Positions 40,321 through 59,525 of a stretch of 64,000 bases of DNA are shown here, piece by piece. Below the pieces are notes generated by a model, which was not told the origin of the DNA, made no database searches, and worked only from the letters and a program-made list of their open reading frames with translations. This DNA is from Macrostomum lignano (lineage: Eukaryota): NCBI GenBank assembly GCA_002269645.1, contig NIVC01003336.1:1-64000 (forward strand), in the 5' to 3' direction. The position numbers and the translations under genes were made by a program. Positions within the stretch are counted from its first letter, which is position 1; each line of letters opens with the position of its first letter.

Positions 40321-40754
40321 AGACGCTAAAAAAGAGAGAAGTTGCTTTTCAAACTCGACTTGAAAAGAAGCAAGCCTTCAATTTCAGTTTAAAAAAACAT
40401 CTCGCGAAAATTGCTTTTGCAGGAAAGAAATTTAGTTGAAATCAGATGGAAAATTCATTTCCTAAAATCTCATAAAAATAAACTTATTTTAAGGTCAGCC
40501 ACGGTAAGGCAAGAGATTTGAGATGGGAGCAGTAGAAAGTGCATCAGCTGTTCTCCGTTAGTTTCGTGTGACATTTTATCGAGCCGCTTCTAGGAAAGCC
40601 AACAACAGCTGAGACCCTATCAGTCGATTTATTGTGCGAAGCGAAAGTAACTGCTATAGAACGACTATGAAGAGCACGAATGAATGGAACAATTATACAA
40701 GTACAACAGGTGGGTAATTAAAAAATTAAAGCTAAATTAGTCAACTAATTATGA

Positions 40755-41276
<522 letters not shown>

Positions 41277-41549
41277 TGAGAGTAATTTTCAGGTGACATT
41301 CGTTGTATTTTCCGGCGAAATTATAAGCATTCAGAATAACAAATAAAGCTCAGTATTGCGGCATCATTGTAGTCATAAGGGAAGTGCAAAAATACCCAAG
41401 GCCTTCATGTGAAAAGCTCTGTATCCAGTTTGCAATTTCCGATTAATATTGAGGCTTAATCATTTGCTCAAGCCAGCTAAATAATTGAGTATGAGCTGTA
41501 CCGACAACTTTTTATAGAGTTTTTCTAACGCATTCATTGGAACATGAAA

Positions 41550-41620
41550 GGCTGAGCTGTCGGTTGCACATCTGCCCATTAAGGCAGGTGTAATCAATCA
41601 TTATTATTATTATTATTATT
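41550..41620 (+). mobile_element. 5'-truncated 3' end of SINE family A (or its partner LINE) with (ATT)n tail
   Basis: GGCTGAGCTGTCGGTTGCACA...GGCAGGTGTAATCAAT followed by (ATT)n matches the tail of the 24125 copy. Confidence 0.7.
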
Positions 41621-41659
41621 GTTGGAGCATAATTTAGTTAGTCTAGTTTTTGAATGGAT

Positions 41660-44123
<2,464 letters not shown>

Positions 44124-44149
44124 TAATGAGAAAACAGTTATTGTTTTTC

Positions 44150-44163
44150 GTTGCCATAGCAAC
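44150..44163. promoter_or_regulatory. RFX X-box motif
   Basis: GTTGCCATAGCAAC, one mismatch from the palindromic GTTGCCATGGCAAC, ~50 nt upstream of the OXNAD1 ATG. Confidence 0.55.
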
Positions 44164-44860
44164 TGCAACAGGTCACCATGTACAGACATCGCAGAATTCA
44201 AAGTGTCGAACGGTACTTTATCTATCATATAGCGGACTCGTAGTTCTTGAAAATGAGAATCAAGTCACATGATTGATTTAGCATAACACAGACAGGTAGA
44301 GCACACTAGCATGCATTCACACAATCGGCCAGAGGAAACAATTGCATGCTTTTTGTCTTCTATCTTTCTAAAAGCAGTCAGTTTTGTTTGATAAAAAACA
44401 AAAAGATCAGAGTGGCATTGTCAGTTTATTTTACCCGCGCAGACAGGTAGCTGATATTTTAATTTAGCAAATACTGGCTGAGCTATCAGTGCATCTGCTG
44501 AAGGAAATAGATGCTTTTATTTAAAAAACGTTACAGGGTTAACATCAAACGATAAACCATTGATTGTGCAATCAAGAAATCAACATGCCAACATTGGATG
44601 CAGATTAATCTAGCTTAGAACAAAGAAAAGGACGGTTCGGATTATCGCTAATAGCTCCGCGGCCCAAGATTGTTCAAATCAATCTACTGATTTAATTCGA
44701 AACGGCCCCAAGCTAGCTTATATATAGAAATTATATAGGAATAAGAGATCGCCTATTGATGCATGATTCCTAGTTGGCAAATTTTTAATTAAATTAATTG
44801 GCTACCGCTACCCGTTAGACTGGCTCTATTTAAGGTAACCAGACTGTAGCCACACCTGAG

Positions 44861-44951
44861 CCGGTGATAGCTCAGTTGGTAGAGCGGAGGACTGTAGAAG
44901 TGCAACAAAGCAGCGATCCTTAGGTCGGTGGTTCAAATCCGCCTCACCGGA
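44861..44951 (+). tRNA. tRNA-Tyr(GTA) with 18-nt intron (44898-44915)
   Basis: Acceptor stem CCGGTGA/TCACCGG, D arm TAGCTCAGTTGGTAGAGCG, anticodon arm GAGGA-CT-GTA-G/A-TCCTT with the intron after position 37, T arm GGTGG-TTCAAAT-CCGCC. Confidence 0.96.
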
Positions 44952-44957
44952 GATTAC

Positions 44958-44963
44958 TTTTTT
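44958..44963 (+). terminator. RNA polymerase III oligo-T terminator of tRNA-Tyr
   Basis: T6 run 6 nt after the discriminator base. Confidence 0.75.
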
Positions 44964-45687
44964 ATAAAGCTAAATTCGAAATCGAAATTTTAAACAAATT
45001 ATTTTTAGACCTCGCTAGTCAGTGAGGAAGATGCACCTCATTATTTTTTTCTTGCAAATCTGTCTATTTAATGACGCATTCGTCAGCTATAAAAGTGAAT
45101 ACATTTTTTAACGCCAAAGAAAGTGTTCTACGCTACATATCGGCGAATCCAAAACGCACACGGAGCGGTTTCCTTATGATTTATAGCTGATATTCATTTA
45201 AGTTTTAAAGATTTTTTCTTTAATGCAACGTCCTGACGTTACTTTCCAAAATCAATTATTAAAAAATGAATCGTAGATTTCAAAGCCTAAGAAAGTGCCC
45301 TATCTACAAAGTTTACTACGCAACATATCGGCAAAATTGACTGAGCGAATTCGTCAACAAAATTTGGATGAATATGTATATCTGCGTAGTGAAAATAAGG
45401 CTGAAAGCAGAAATTTTAAATCTTTCAATATTTATTTATTGTTAAACAATAGAATTTGATTTAAAGTGTTAAAATTCACAAACGTATCGTTGATAATAAA
45501 AAGGCCTAAAATTCAAACTTTTTATGGGGCAAAGCTCGTAAAATAGAGCAGAAAAAACTGGTTAGAATCAATGAAGCATTTAAAATGATAAAAACACACT
45601 ATAGGTATGGCGCATGATACACGTATCCTTTTGGCCTCTCACAGTATGGTATATTGTCGCGTTGGCTGGGATATATAAACACGCAAT

Positions 45688-46350
45688 CAGCTGACAGATG
45701 AGCTGACACAAAGCCTGTCAGATAAACTGACACAAAAACAGTCCTGTCAGACAAGCTGACACAAACCAGTCCTGTCAGACGAGCTGACACAAATCAGTCC
45801 TGTCAGATGAGCTGACACAAATCAGTCCTGTCAGATGAGCTGACACAAACCAGTCCTGTCAGATGAGCTGACACAAACCAGTCCTGTCAGACGAGCTGAC
45901 ACAAACCAGTCCTGTCAGACGAGCTGACACAAACCAGTCCTGTCAGACGAGCTGACACAAATCAGTCCTGTCAGATGAGCGGACACAAACCAGTCCTGTC
46001 AGACGAGCTGACACAAACCAGTCTTGTCAGACGAGCTGACACAAACCAGTTTTGTCAGACGAGCTGACACAAACCAGTCCTGTCAGACGAGCTGACACAA
46101 ACCAGTCCTGTCAGACGAGCTGACACAAACCAGTCCTGTCAGATGAACTGACACAAACCAGTCCTGTCAGACGAGCTGACACAAACCAGTCCTGTCAGAT
46201 GAACTGACACAAATCAGTCCTGTCAGACGAGCTGACACAAAACCAGTCCTGTCAGATGAACTGACACAAATCAGTCCTGTCAGACGAGCTGACACAAACC
46301 AGTCCTGTCAGATGAGCTGACACACACAAGCCCCGTCAGATGAGCTGAGC
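45688..46350. repeat. 28-bp minisatellite (CTGACACAAACCAGTCCTGTCAGACGAG)n, ~23 copies; each unit a CTGACA/TGTCAG hairpin
   Basis: Direct reading. Confidence 0.94.
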
Positions 46351-46430
46351 TGACACAAAATTGTTTTGTCGCAAAACCTGCAAAAAGACCTAAAGTAATA
46401 AAAAACCTTGAAACAGTCAGTGGCACATAG

Positions 46431-46710
46431 CGGTGTTCGGGGTTCAAGTCATTGATTTCGGGTTTTTTTAATCAAATTTTCTGAATTACCATGAAACTAC
46501 AAAAAATCGTTAGAAATGAGTAATTTTGCATTTTATACTCCATATGCGCCGAGAGAAATAAAAGGAACTTTCAAATTTGTGAGCTAATCAGAGGGTCAGA
46601 CTGGATAGAGAAACCGTACTTCATGACATAAAAGATGTGCGAATCAAACACATTTTTTACGCTCCCTCGGTGCCTGATCCCCTGACTCAGTTAAGTAACC
46701 CCGAACGCCG
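46431..46710. mobile_element. Possible small MITE with 14-bp inverted termini
   Basis: CGGTGTTCGGGGTT at the left and AACCCCGAACGCCG at the right (13/14). No TSD seen. Confidence 0.3.
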
Positions 46711-47112
46711 AAAAATGGCCTTCCCGAACACCCCTAAGCACAATATTTCTCGAGTATTCAAACTTGAATAATGAATTATTAAACTGTAAATTTAATTTTA
46801 AAAAGGCGGAGGAACTTGATCAGCAATTGGGCAACTTGGCTGTTTGTACAAATCTAAACAAAATATCATTAGAGAAATATTATATCATATTGGACGATTG
46901 TTGGAAAGATCTGCAATCGAATCTAAATGTACAAAATAAATTAAGTTCTGAGAGATAAATCTAAAAACATAAGAATAGAAATTTCATACTGAGCATCTGG
47001 GAGGGTGTTGCGGTGGCCCAGCCACTGAGGATCTGGACATCTAGAGTGATAGCGCAGTGATCCAAACGCTAGAGTATACACAGAACACTCTTATACATGT
47101 ATAGTAAGTTAG

Positions 47113-49573
<2,461 letters not shown>

Positions 49574-49619
49574 TAGCTGTAGTTTATAATATGCGTGTTA
49601 TATTTTAAATTTTAAGTAC

Positions 49620-49945
49620 TCTACTAGTATCTAGTACACCCCTACGAGTATCTAGTACACTCCTACCAGTATCTAGTACACTCCTACGAGTATCTAGTAC
49701 ACTCCTACCAGTATCTAGTGCACCCCTACGAGTATCTAGTGCACCCCTACGAGTATCTAGTGCACCCCTACCAGTATCTAGTGCACCCCTACGAGTATCT
49801 AGTGCACCCCTACGAGTATCTAGTGCACCCCTACCAGTATCTAGTGCACCCCTACGAGTATCTAGTGCACCCCCACCGGTAGCTAGTACACCCCTACGAG
49901 TATCTAGTGCACCCCCACCGGTAGCTAGTACATCCCTACCGGTAC
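49620..49945. repeat. 21-bp minisatellite (AGTATCTAGTGCACCCCTACG)n, ~15 copies
   Basis: Direct reading. Confidence 0.92.
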
Positions 49946-50162
49946 ACAAAAATCAACAAATAAATAAAGAGCAACATACATGTACAGTATCAGACCGAAG
50001 CCATAACAAGTATTTTTATTTCTGAACACAGCAATAAACCAGTGAACAATACAATAGCACAAGGCATAGACGCTGTACGAGCTAAATACTATATCTTTTA
50101 CATAGGCTTAGTATATAATAGAATAGAATGTCTGAGAAGAATGTAACATAAATAGATAAAAC

Positions 50163-51266
50163 CAGTGTTGGGCACTTCCGTTACCGAGTAACTTGCAAAT
50201 GGTAACGCAAGTTACTTTTTCGTAAAGCGTTCCTTACGCAAGTTACTTTTTTATTTTAGTAACGGAGTAACGGTAAGTTACTCAAATTTCGGAAGTCCGT
50301 TACAGTTACTTTGCAACAATCGCAATATTTAAATTAAAAACTGAAATGCTTAGCTAGTACGCCGGTTGTCACATGTTTTTGCATTTTTCATTCATAAATT
50401 CAAAATTAAGTGAATAGTATCATATGGTATTGCGTTTAATTAATGAAGAAATACTTGAAACATGTATTACTTTGTTAATATTGGTAAAATATTTTCGCCT
50501 TTCATTGAGGCTTTTCATATTACCAATTCCAGAATCAGAATCGGTTCGGATCTTCCAAGAAAAACAGCAGTATAACTATTTAATTCTGTTGAATGTTTGA
50601 CTGCCTTAACAACCTCACATAGCACAATTTTTCACTTTCTTCTTAGCGATTTTCATTCAATAATAAAAACTTTATAGCACGTATCTCCCTCTAGTTATGG
50701 AGACAAAAAGTTATACTTCACAAATTGGTTCTGATTCTGGAACCAGAACTAGCTATATGAAAAGGCCCATTTTCGTTACTAAAAATTTTCAAGTTTGATT
50801 CAAACAAACAACCAAAGAAAGAAATTCATCTGTAGCCTCCACAAGTCCCTCCACTGGCACTGCAGTACACTACACCATTTTATACAGTTCTATTTATTTT
50901 ACTCTATTGAATTATTGATATTCGTTTATTTTATCATTTATAATTTTAATTATTGATTGCCATTGCCCATTGGTCCTTCTATTTGCCTCACATCGTGTCG
51001 CCAATTCCTGTCTCTGTCTGTTAATCGGTTAATCCCAATGCCCAATGGCAAATTTCGGTAACAACAATGTGAAAAAATGTGCAATGTGAAAAAAGCAGAA
51101 AATTTTGTTAATAACATGGGTAACGGAAGTGAGTAACGGACAGTAACTTAAAAGTTACCAGGTTTTTGTCTAAAGTTACTAGGCTAACGTAAGTTACTTT
51201 TTAAAAATTGGTAACTTAAGTTACAGTAACGCAAGTTACTTTTTTTAAGTAACTTGCCCAACACTG
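50163..51266. mobile_element. Non-autonomous hAT element, 1104 bp, perfect 8-bp TSD
   Basis: TIRs CAGTGTTGGG and CCCAACACTG. GATAAAAC is duplicated at 50155-50162 and 51267-51274. Many subterminal GTAAC/GTTAC motifs at both ends. No ORF. Confidence 0.93.
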
Positions 51267-51504
51267 GATAAAACAAACACTGATTAGAGCCAACCCAACA
51301 CCCATATCTATTGTCTGCAATATATGGATCTATTCAATCGAAATAAATAGGAAATCATATAATAAATAAGCAAAATAAGCACACAGAAGCGAGTCATTAA
51401 CTTCTAATACACAATAGGAACAACCTGATACCTACAGAGTGAAAGCTTAATGAGTGTACGCAGAGGTTCGTATCAATAATAATCATTGCTGCTGGAGGGC
51501 AACG

Positions 51505-51600
51505 TAACAGGGTGTACAGCGGCTCGGACTGTCTAATCGTCAGGCATGTACACTCTGTGCCTTGGGGGTTGGCCATCATGGGTGTGAATCGCACGAGACA
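51505..51600 (-). mobile_element. Fragment of SINE family B body
   Basis: GGCATGTACACTCTGTGCCTTGGGGGTTGGCC is shared with ~15470 and ~57085. Confidence 0.6.
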
Positions 51601-52784
51601 ACCCGTAGCAAAATTTAGTGCCCCCCCCAATCGAACCAGGGATTGTTCTCTGCCCGTTGCATTTGCTAATGCATATTTACCGGCTGTCTCCCAGGCCCCG
51701 AAAACCCAGGGGTTTAGGCCACAGCCACCAGCTGCTAATGCTTGAGAGCAGCAGAAGCTATAGTCTATGGTCTGAGCCCCGGGGTTAATCGGCTTATTTA
51801 GCAAGTTCACTGCAAAGAATCTATACTTTGTACACCATTCTAGCCACAACTTGTGCCATAGACAAAAAAAGCTTGGTGACCGGAGGGGGTGGGTGGATTC
51901 TAAAAATCGGCTTCAGATTTTCATCCTTATTGGCACTCTATACTAGGCGACCTCAATACTCTTTGGTCCAAGGCTTGCACAACTGTGGAAAGGATTAATA
52001 GCGCGCCCAAATTCTCAAATTGGTTGCTCCACAGACTCCCTTTCGGGCCATAGACAATGAAAAGCAAGTCTTCAATAGCTTGATTTTCCCACTAAGGATT
52101 AAATTGCTTGCTCCTAGGCTCAATTATTGGCTTGAAAATGCTATATTATTCGTTCTTCAAAAAATCGAATCAGCTAGACAGGCTTGCAAATGTCAATTTA
52201 GTTTCTAAGAAAGCAGAAGAAAAAATCGAAATCCGCTGTGTAACTGACTGAGAAGTGTGACCTTTCACAACTATATCCTACATCTCTCCTATTAGATGAG
52301 TCTGCTTGACTAGTCAAATAAAACCAACAGGTCTGACAGGGAACTGACAGACAGAGAATTTGCAGCTTGCGTGATGAGGAAATCCGGTTCAACAGCCGCA
52401 GCACAGGGCAGAAGACACAGACAAGACACCAATAATTAAAGCAAAAGCTAGTTTAACATACCATATCAGCTTTATTAACAGAAGGAATCAAAGGAGAGAA
52501 AATATATGAATAAAAGTACACTATTGTTTTTGTGTACAAATTAAACTAGAAACAAGGCCTAATGTATTGCATTAAATAAATAAATAAGTAATACTATAAA
52601 TAATACTAATAGATATCGCCTAAATCCAGATGCTAATCTTATTTCACCTGCTCAAGAAGTCCATCTGTGTACTCTAGTCTAATTAAAACTAGAACGCCTT
52701 AACAAATTACGATTAAAGTACAATTATATGACATCTTGAATTTATGAACTTGCAGTTCAATGTGGCCCAAGCTTAGTGCTCTGA

Positions 52785-54124
<1,340 letters not shown>

Positions 54125-54404
54125 GCTTTATTTTATAGGCGCAGTTCCAAAGCTGCAACATGAATTTTAAGTTCTGGGTGCACTTTTTTGGTTGGCCACA
54201 ATTTTGATACAGAGACTGTCAATGGTGCCAAAATATCAATAGCCGTAGCAACACGGATATTGGTAGCTCTACGAGTACTGTTAATGCCAATATGGAATAC
54301 AAAATTTGAGGTCTGGGCACCAATCATAACGCGCTGTGCCCTAACTATGATTTTAATTGTAGAATCTAGAAGACGACCTATAATTGGTAAGTGATTGAAG
54401 TTTT

Positions 54405-55662
54405 ACAGCACGGTTTAGAGACCAGACATCTATCTACAGCACAGTTTAGAGACCAGACATCTATCTACAGCACGGTTTAGAGACCAGCCATCTATCTACA
54501 GCACGGTTTAGAGACCAGTCATCTATCTACAGCACAGTTTAGAGACCAGACATCTATCTACAGCACAGTTTAGAGACCAGTCATCTATCTACAGCACAGT
54601 TTAGAGACCAGACATCTATCTACAGCACAGTTTAGAGACCAGTCATCTATCTACAGCACAGTTTAGAGACCAGACATCTATCTACAGCACAGTTTAGAGA
54701 CCAGTCATCTATCTACAGCACAGTTTAGAGACCAGACATCTATCTACAGCACAGTTTAGAGACCAGTCATCTATCTACAGCACAGTTTAGAGACCAGACA
54801 TCTATCTACAGCACAGTTTAGAGACCAGACATCTATCTACAGCACAGTTTAGAGACCAGTCATCTATCTACAGCACAGTTTAGAGACCAGACATCTATCT
54901 ACAGCACAGTTTAGAGGACCAGTCATCTATCTACAGCACAGTTTAGAGACCAGACATCTATCTACAGCACAGTTTAGAGACCAGTCATCTATCTACAGCA
55001 CAGTTTAGAGACCAGACATCTATCTACAGCACAGTTTAGAGACCAGACATCTATCTACAGCACGGTTTAGAGACCAGTCATCTATCTACAGCACAGTTTA
55101 GAGACCAGACATCTATCTACAGCACAGTTTAGAGACCAGTCATCTATCTACAGCACAGTTTAGAGACCAGTCATCTATCTACAGCACAGTTTAGAGACCA
55201 GACATCTATCTACAGCACAGTTTAGAGACCAGACATATGTCTACAGCACAGTTTAGAGACCAGACATCTATCTACAGCACAGTTTAGAGACCAGACATCT
55301 ATCTACAGCACAGTTTAGAGACCAGACATCTATCTACAGCACAGTTTAGAGACCAGACATCTGTCTACAGCACAGTTTAGAGACCAGACATCTATCTACA
55401 GCACAGTTTAGAGACCAGACATCTATCTACAGCACAGTTTAGAGACCAGACATCTATCTACAGCACAGTTTAGAGACCAGACATCTGTCTACAGCACAGT
55501 TTAGAGACCAGACATCTATCTACAGCACAGTTTAGAGACCAGACATCTATCTACAGCACAGTTTAGAGACCAGACATCTATCTACAGCACAGTTTAGAGA
55601 CCAGACATCTGTCTACAGCAAGGTTTAGAGACCAGACATCTGTCTACAGCACGGTTTAGAGA
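54405..55662. repeat. 31-bp minisatellite (CAGCACAGTTTAGAGACCAGACATCTATCTA)n, ~40 copies
   Basis: Direct reading; head-to-tail with no spacers. Confidence 0.96.
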
Positions 55663-55731
55663 CTATACTTCTTATTTACAGGGAAGTTATCGACTTTTTT
55701 CTTATCTACTACGTTGGTGGGTTTAAAGATA

Positions 55732-56233
55732 CAAGGGCTGTCCCAAAAGTACTTATACTTTTCACTATATCTCTTGTTCTGCTGATCGAAATAACATCAT
55801 TTTGCACAGATTCATAGCGGCAACTCTCTTCTTTATATTATCTTTAACATCATTAAAAACAGACAATGGAAACAAAAGTTATAAACTAAAATGTAGCAGG
55901 ACCTCGACCATAGACTTACAGTAAGTCAACAAGTTAACAAAATTTCGAAATGGTAGCTGACAAACGGGTAACTGGCTGCAGTGAATGCTACAAAATGACT
56001 GCTAAGACCCATGAGCCGGTGAAAGTTGAGCATGAATCTCGGCTCAACTGTGCCCCGTCCCCCAAAAGGTGTATGAAAAGTTAGTTCATAACTTTTGTTT
56101 CCATTGTCTGTTTTTAATGATGTTAAAGATAATATAAAGAAGAGAGTTGCCGCTATAAATCTGTGCAAAATGATGTTATTTGGATCAGCTACTATTAACT
56201 ACTAACTATTAACTACTTTTGGGACAGCCCTCG
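55732..56233. mobile_element. Tc1/mariner-type MITE, 502 bp, TA TSD
   Basis: TA|CAAGGGCTGTCCCAAAAGTA at the left and TACTTTTGGGACAGCCCTCG|TA at the right, plus a ~100-bp near-perfect inner inverted repeat (55790-55887 vs ~56080-56180). Confidence 0.88.
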
Positions 56234-56947
56234 TAATATAAGGCAACGCCTGGTGAGAAATTTTGCTTAGCTGAACTAGAAGCCAAAATGTAACTTGGTT
56301 TAACTGATCGTAAATCCAGCTTGCTTCCGGTAGGTATAGAGGAAAGTATAATGTTTTCTTTATAGGGTTAATAACAATCCAAAGTAAAAAGTGCAATTTT
56401 ATAAACACATGCGAAAGCGAGTGTTTACAAACACGGTTTCTATCAGCGACCTTGCAACAAACCATGCGGCTTGATAATGTAGATGATCAAGCCACAAAGT
56501 TTTCCACATTAAATTGAAGCCGTCTCTGGGTGAAATTAAAAAGCTCAACTAACTGCTCAGCCCACCTGCCTGAACTGACTGCTTTCAGCTGGTTAAACTC
56601 TGCATCATATTAATAGCCCAGATGCGTGATTAGAAAGCAGCTTGAGCGCAAAGGAAAACAAGCATTTTATAAACCGCCAGCTAGAGGGTCCGCCAGTGCA
56701 AAAAACAAAAACAGATGGCTGTGCCTCCTACACAAATTTCGTCATAGGAATACTAATTATGACGATAATGACGATAATAGATGGGAAAGTTTAGAAATTG
56801 CACCTGGCGAGCAGTTTGGGATATTTATCCTCGGGTAAACACAGGGATAAGATAAAGTGACGAAGATAAAAACTTTTTATGCAGAAACTCTATTGAAACT
56901 GATGGAATTGAATAAAATTAATATCGCTATAGGATATTAATTAAGAA

Positions 56948-57270
56948 GGGGGGTCGAAGCCCAGTGGCGCTAGCGCGGGTCTCTGATGTGCCAGCGGCCC
57001 AGGCTCGATTCCACGTTGAGTCACATCAACTAAATTGGGCTAAATTGGAATCTAAGCTTGGCTCTGCTCGGGCCAATTAACACCCTGGAGGGCCAACCCC
57101 CAAGGCACAGTGAAGTGTACATGCCTAACGATAAATACAGTTAGGGCCGCTGTACACTCCTGTGTGAGTGTGTGCCTGCTCAGGGGAGTCGGCGGAATGG
57201 GGAGTAATGCCTTTCGCTGGTTGTGGGACAATGTCGCTTAAAGTGCGCCAGGGTACCCCTATTCTAAAAA
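56948..57270 (+). mobile_element. tRNA-derived SINE (family B), apparently full-length
   Basis: A-box-like AGCCCAGTGGCGCTAGCGC and B-box-like GGCTCGATTCC (57002-57012), followed by the body shared with 15304-15530 and 51505-51600. Confidence 0.6.
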
Positions 57271-57304
57271 AGTACAGATATAAGAAGAAGATTATTGAGG
57301 ATAA

Positions 57305-59318
57305 GGGAGGATGGGATAGCAGCTCACAGTGAAAGGGGATGGGATAGCAGCCCACAGTGAAAGGGGATGGGATAGCAGCCCACAGTGAAAGGGGGATGGG
57401 ATAGCAGCCCACAGTGAAGAGAGGGATGGGATAGCAGCCCACAGTGAAGAGAGGGATGGGATAGCAGCTCACAGTGAAGAGAGGGATGGGATAGCAGCCC
57501 ACAGTGAAAGGGGTGGGATAGCAGCCCACAGTGAAAGGGGGATGGGATAGCAGCCCACAGTGAAGAGAGGGATGGGATAGCAGCTCACAGTGAAAGGGGA
57601 TGGGATAGCAGCCCACAGTGAAAGGGGATGGGATAGCAGCCCACAGTGAAGGAGGATGGGATAGCAGCTCACAGTGAAGAGAGGGATGGGATAGCAGCCC
57701 ACAGTGAAGAGAGGGATGGGATAGCAGCCCACAGTGAAGAGAGGGATGGGATAGCAGCTCACAGTGAAAGGGGATGGGATAGCAGCCCACAGTGAAGGAG
57801 GATGGGATAGCAGCCCACAGTGAAGGAGGATGGGATAGCAGCTCACAGTGAAGAGAGGGATGGGATAGCAGCCCACAGTGAAGAGAGGGATGGGATAGCA
57901 GCCCACAGTGAAGAGAGGGATGGGATAGCAGCTCACAGTGAAAGGGGATGGGATAGCAGCCCACAGTGAAGGAGGATGGGATAGCAGCTCACAGTGAAGA
58001 GAGGGATGGGATAGCAGCCCACAGTGAAGAGAGGGATGGGATAGCAGCCCACAGTGAAGAGAGGGATGGGATAGCAGCTCACAGTGAAGAGAGGGATGGG
58101 ATAGCAGCTCACAGTGAAGAGAGGGATGAGATAGCAGCTCACAGTGAAGAGAGGGATGGGATAGCAGCCCACAGTGAAGAGAGGGATGGGATAGCAGCCC
58201 ACAGTGAAGGAGGATGGGATAGCAGCCCACAGTGAAGGAGGATGGGATAGCAGCCCACAGTGAAGGAGGATGGGATAGCAGCCCACAGTGAAGGAGGATG
58301 GGATAGCAGCCCACAGTGAAGGAGGATGGGATAGCAGCCCACAGTGAAGGAGGATGGGATAGCAGCTCACAGTGAAGGAGGATGGGATAGCAGCCCACAG
58401 TGAAGGAGGATGGGATAGCAGCCCACAGTGAAGGAGGATGGGATAGCAGCCCACAGTGAAGGAGGATGGGATAGCAGCCCACAGTGAAGGAGGATGGGAT
58501 AGCAGCTCACAGTGAAGGAGGATGGGATAGCAGCCCACAGTGAAGGAGGATGGGATAGCAGCCCACAGTGAAGGAGGATGGGATAGCAGCCCACAGTGAA
58601 GGAGGATGGGATAGCAGCTCACAGTGAAGGAGGATGGGATAGCAGCCCACAGTGAAGGAGGATGGGATAGCAGCCCACAGTGAAGGAGGATGGGATAGCA
58701 GCCCACAGTGAAGGAGGATGGGATAGCAGCCCACAGTGAAGGAGGATGGGATAGCAGCTCACAGTGAAAGGGGATGGGATAGCAGCCCACAGTGAAGAGA
58801 GGGATGGGATAGCAGCTCACAGTGAAAGGGGATGGGATAGCAGCCCACAGTGAAGGAGGATGGGATAGCAGCTCACAGTGAAGAGAGGGATGGGATAGCA
58901 GCCCACAGTGAAGGAGGATGGGATAGCAGCCCACAGTGAAGGAGGATGGGATAGCAGCCCACAGTGAAGAGAGGGATGGGATAGCAGCTCACAGTGAAGA
59001 GAGGGATGGGATAGCAGCCCACAGTGAAGGAGGATGGGATAGCAGCCCACAGTGAAGGAGGATGGGATAGCAGCCCACAGTGAAGGAGGATGGGATAGCA
59101 GCCCACAGTGAAGGAGGATGGGATAGCAGCCCACAGTGAAGGAGGATGGGATAGCAGCCCACAGTGAAAGGGGTGGGATAGCAGCCCACAGTGAAGGAGG
59201 ATGGGATAGCAGCCCACAGTGAAGGAGGATGGGATAGCAGCCCACAGTGAAGGAGGATGGGATAGCAGCCCACAGTGAAGGAGGATGGGATAGCAGCTCA
59301 CAGTGAAGAGAGGGATGG
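57305..59318. repeat. 28-31-bp minisatellite (GGGATAGCAGCCCACAGTGAAGGAGGAT)n, ~70 copies
   Basis: Direct reading; length variants in the purine tract. Confidence 0.96.
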
Positions 59319-59525
59319 GTATTATTAATTTTGCAACAGAGAAATTAATACATTTGATAAACTCCAATGAGTTCTGTACTAAAAATGTGAAATAAAAAAA
59401 TGACAATAATATCAACCAAACATCAGTGCAAAGCGTTTTTTTGAAATTTTATTACCACTTGTTTAAAACAAAGAGAATGCTGCTGTTGTTACTTACAACA
59501 GACCACACACACAGATTCACAAACA

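Noticed and set aside
54405-55662. CRISPR-like array (unit contains GTTTAGAG, reminiscent of type II repeats)
   Set aside because: Units are head-to-tail with no unique spacers, there are no cas genes, and the context is eukaryotic. The same applies to all other arrays in the window.
57125-59415. Several long His/Cys/Pro-rich ORFs
   Set aside because: Translations of the 28-31-bp array; no non-repetitive coding context.
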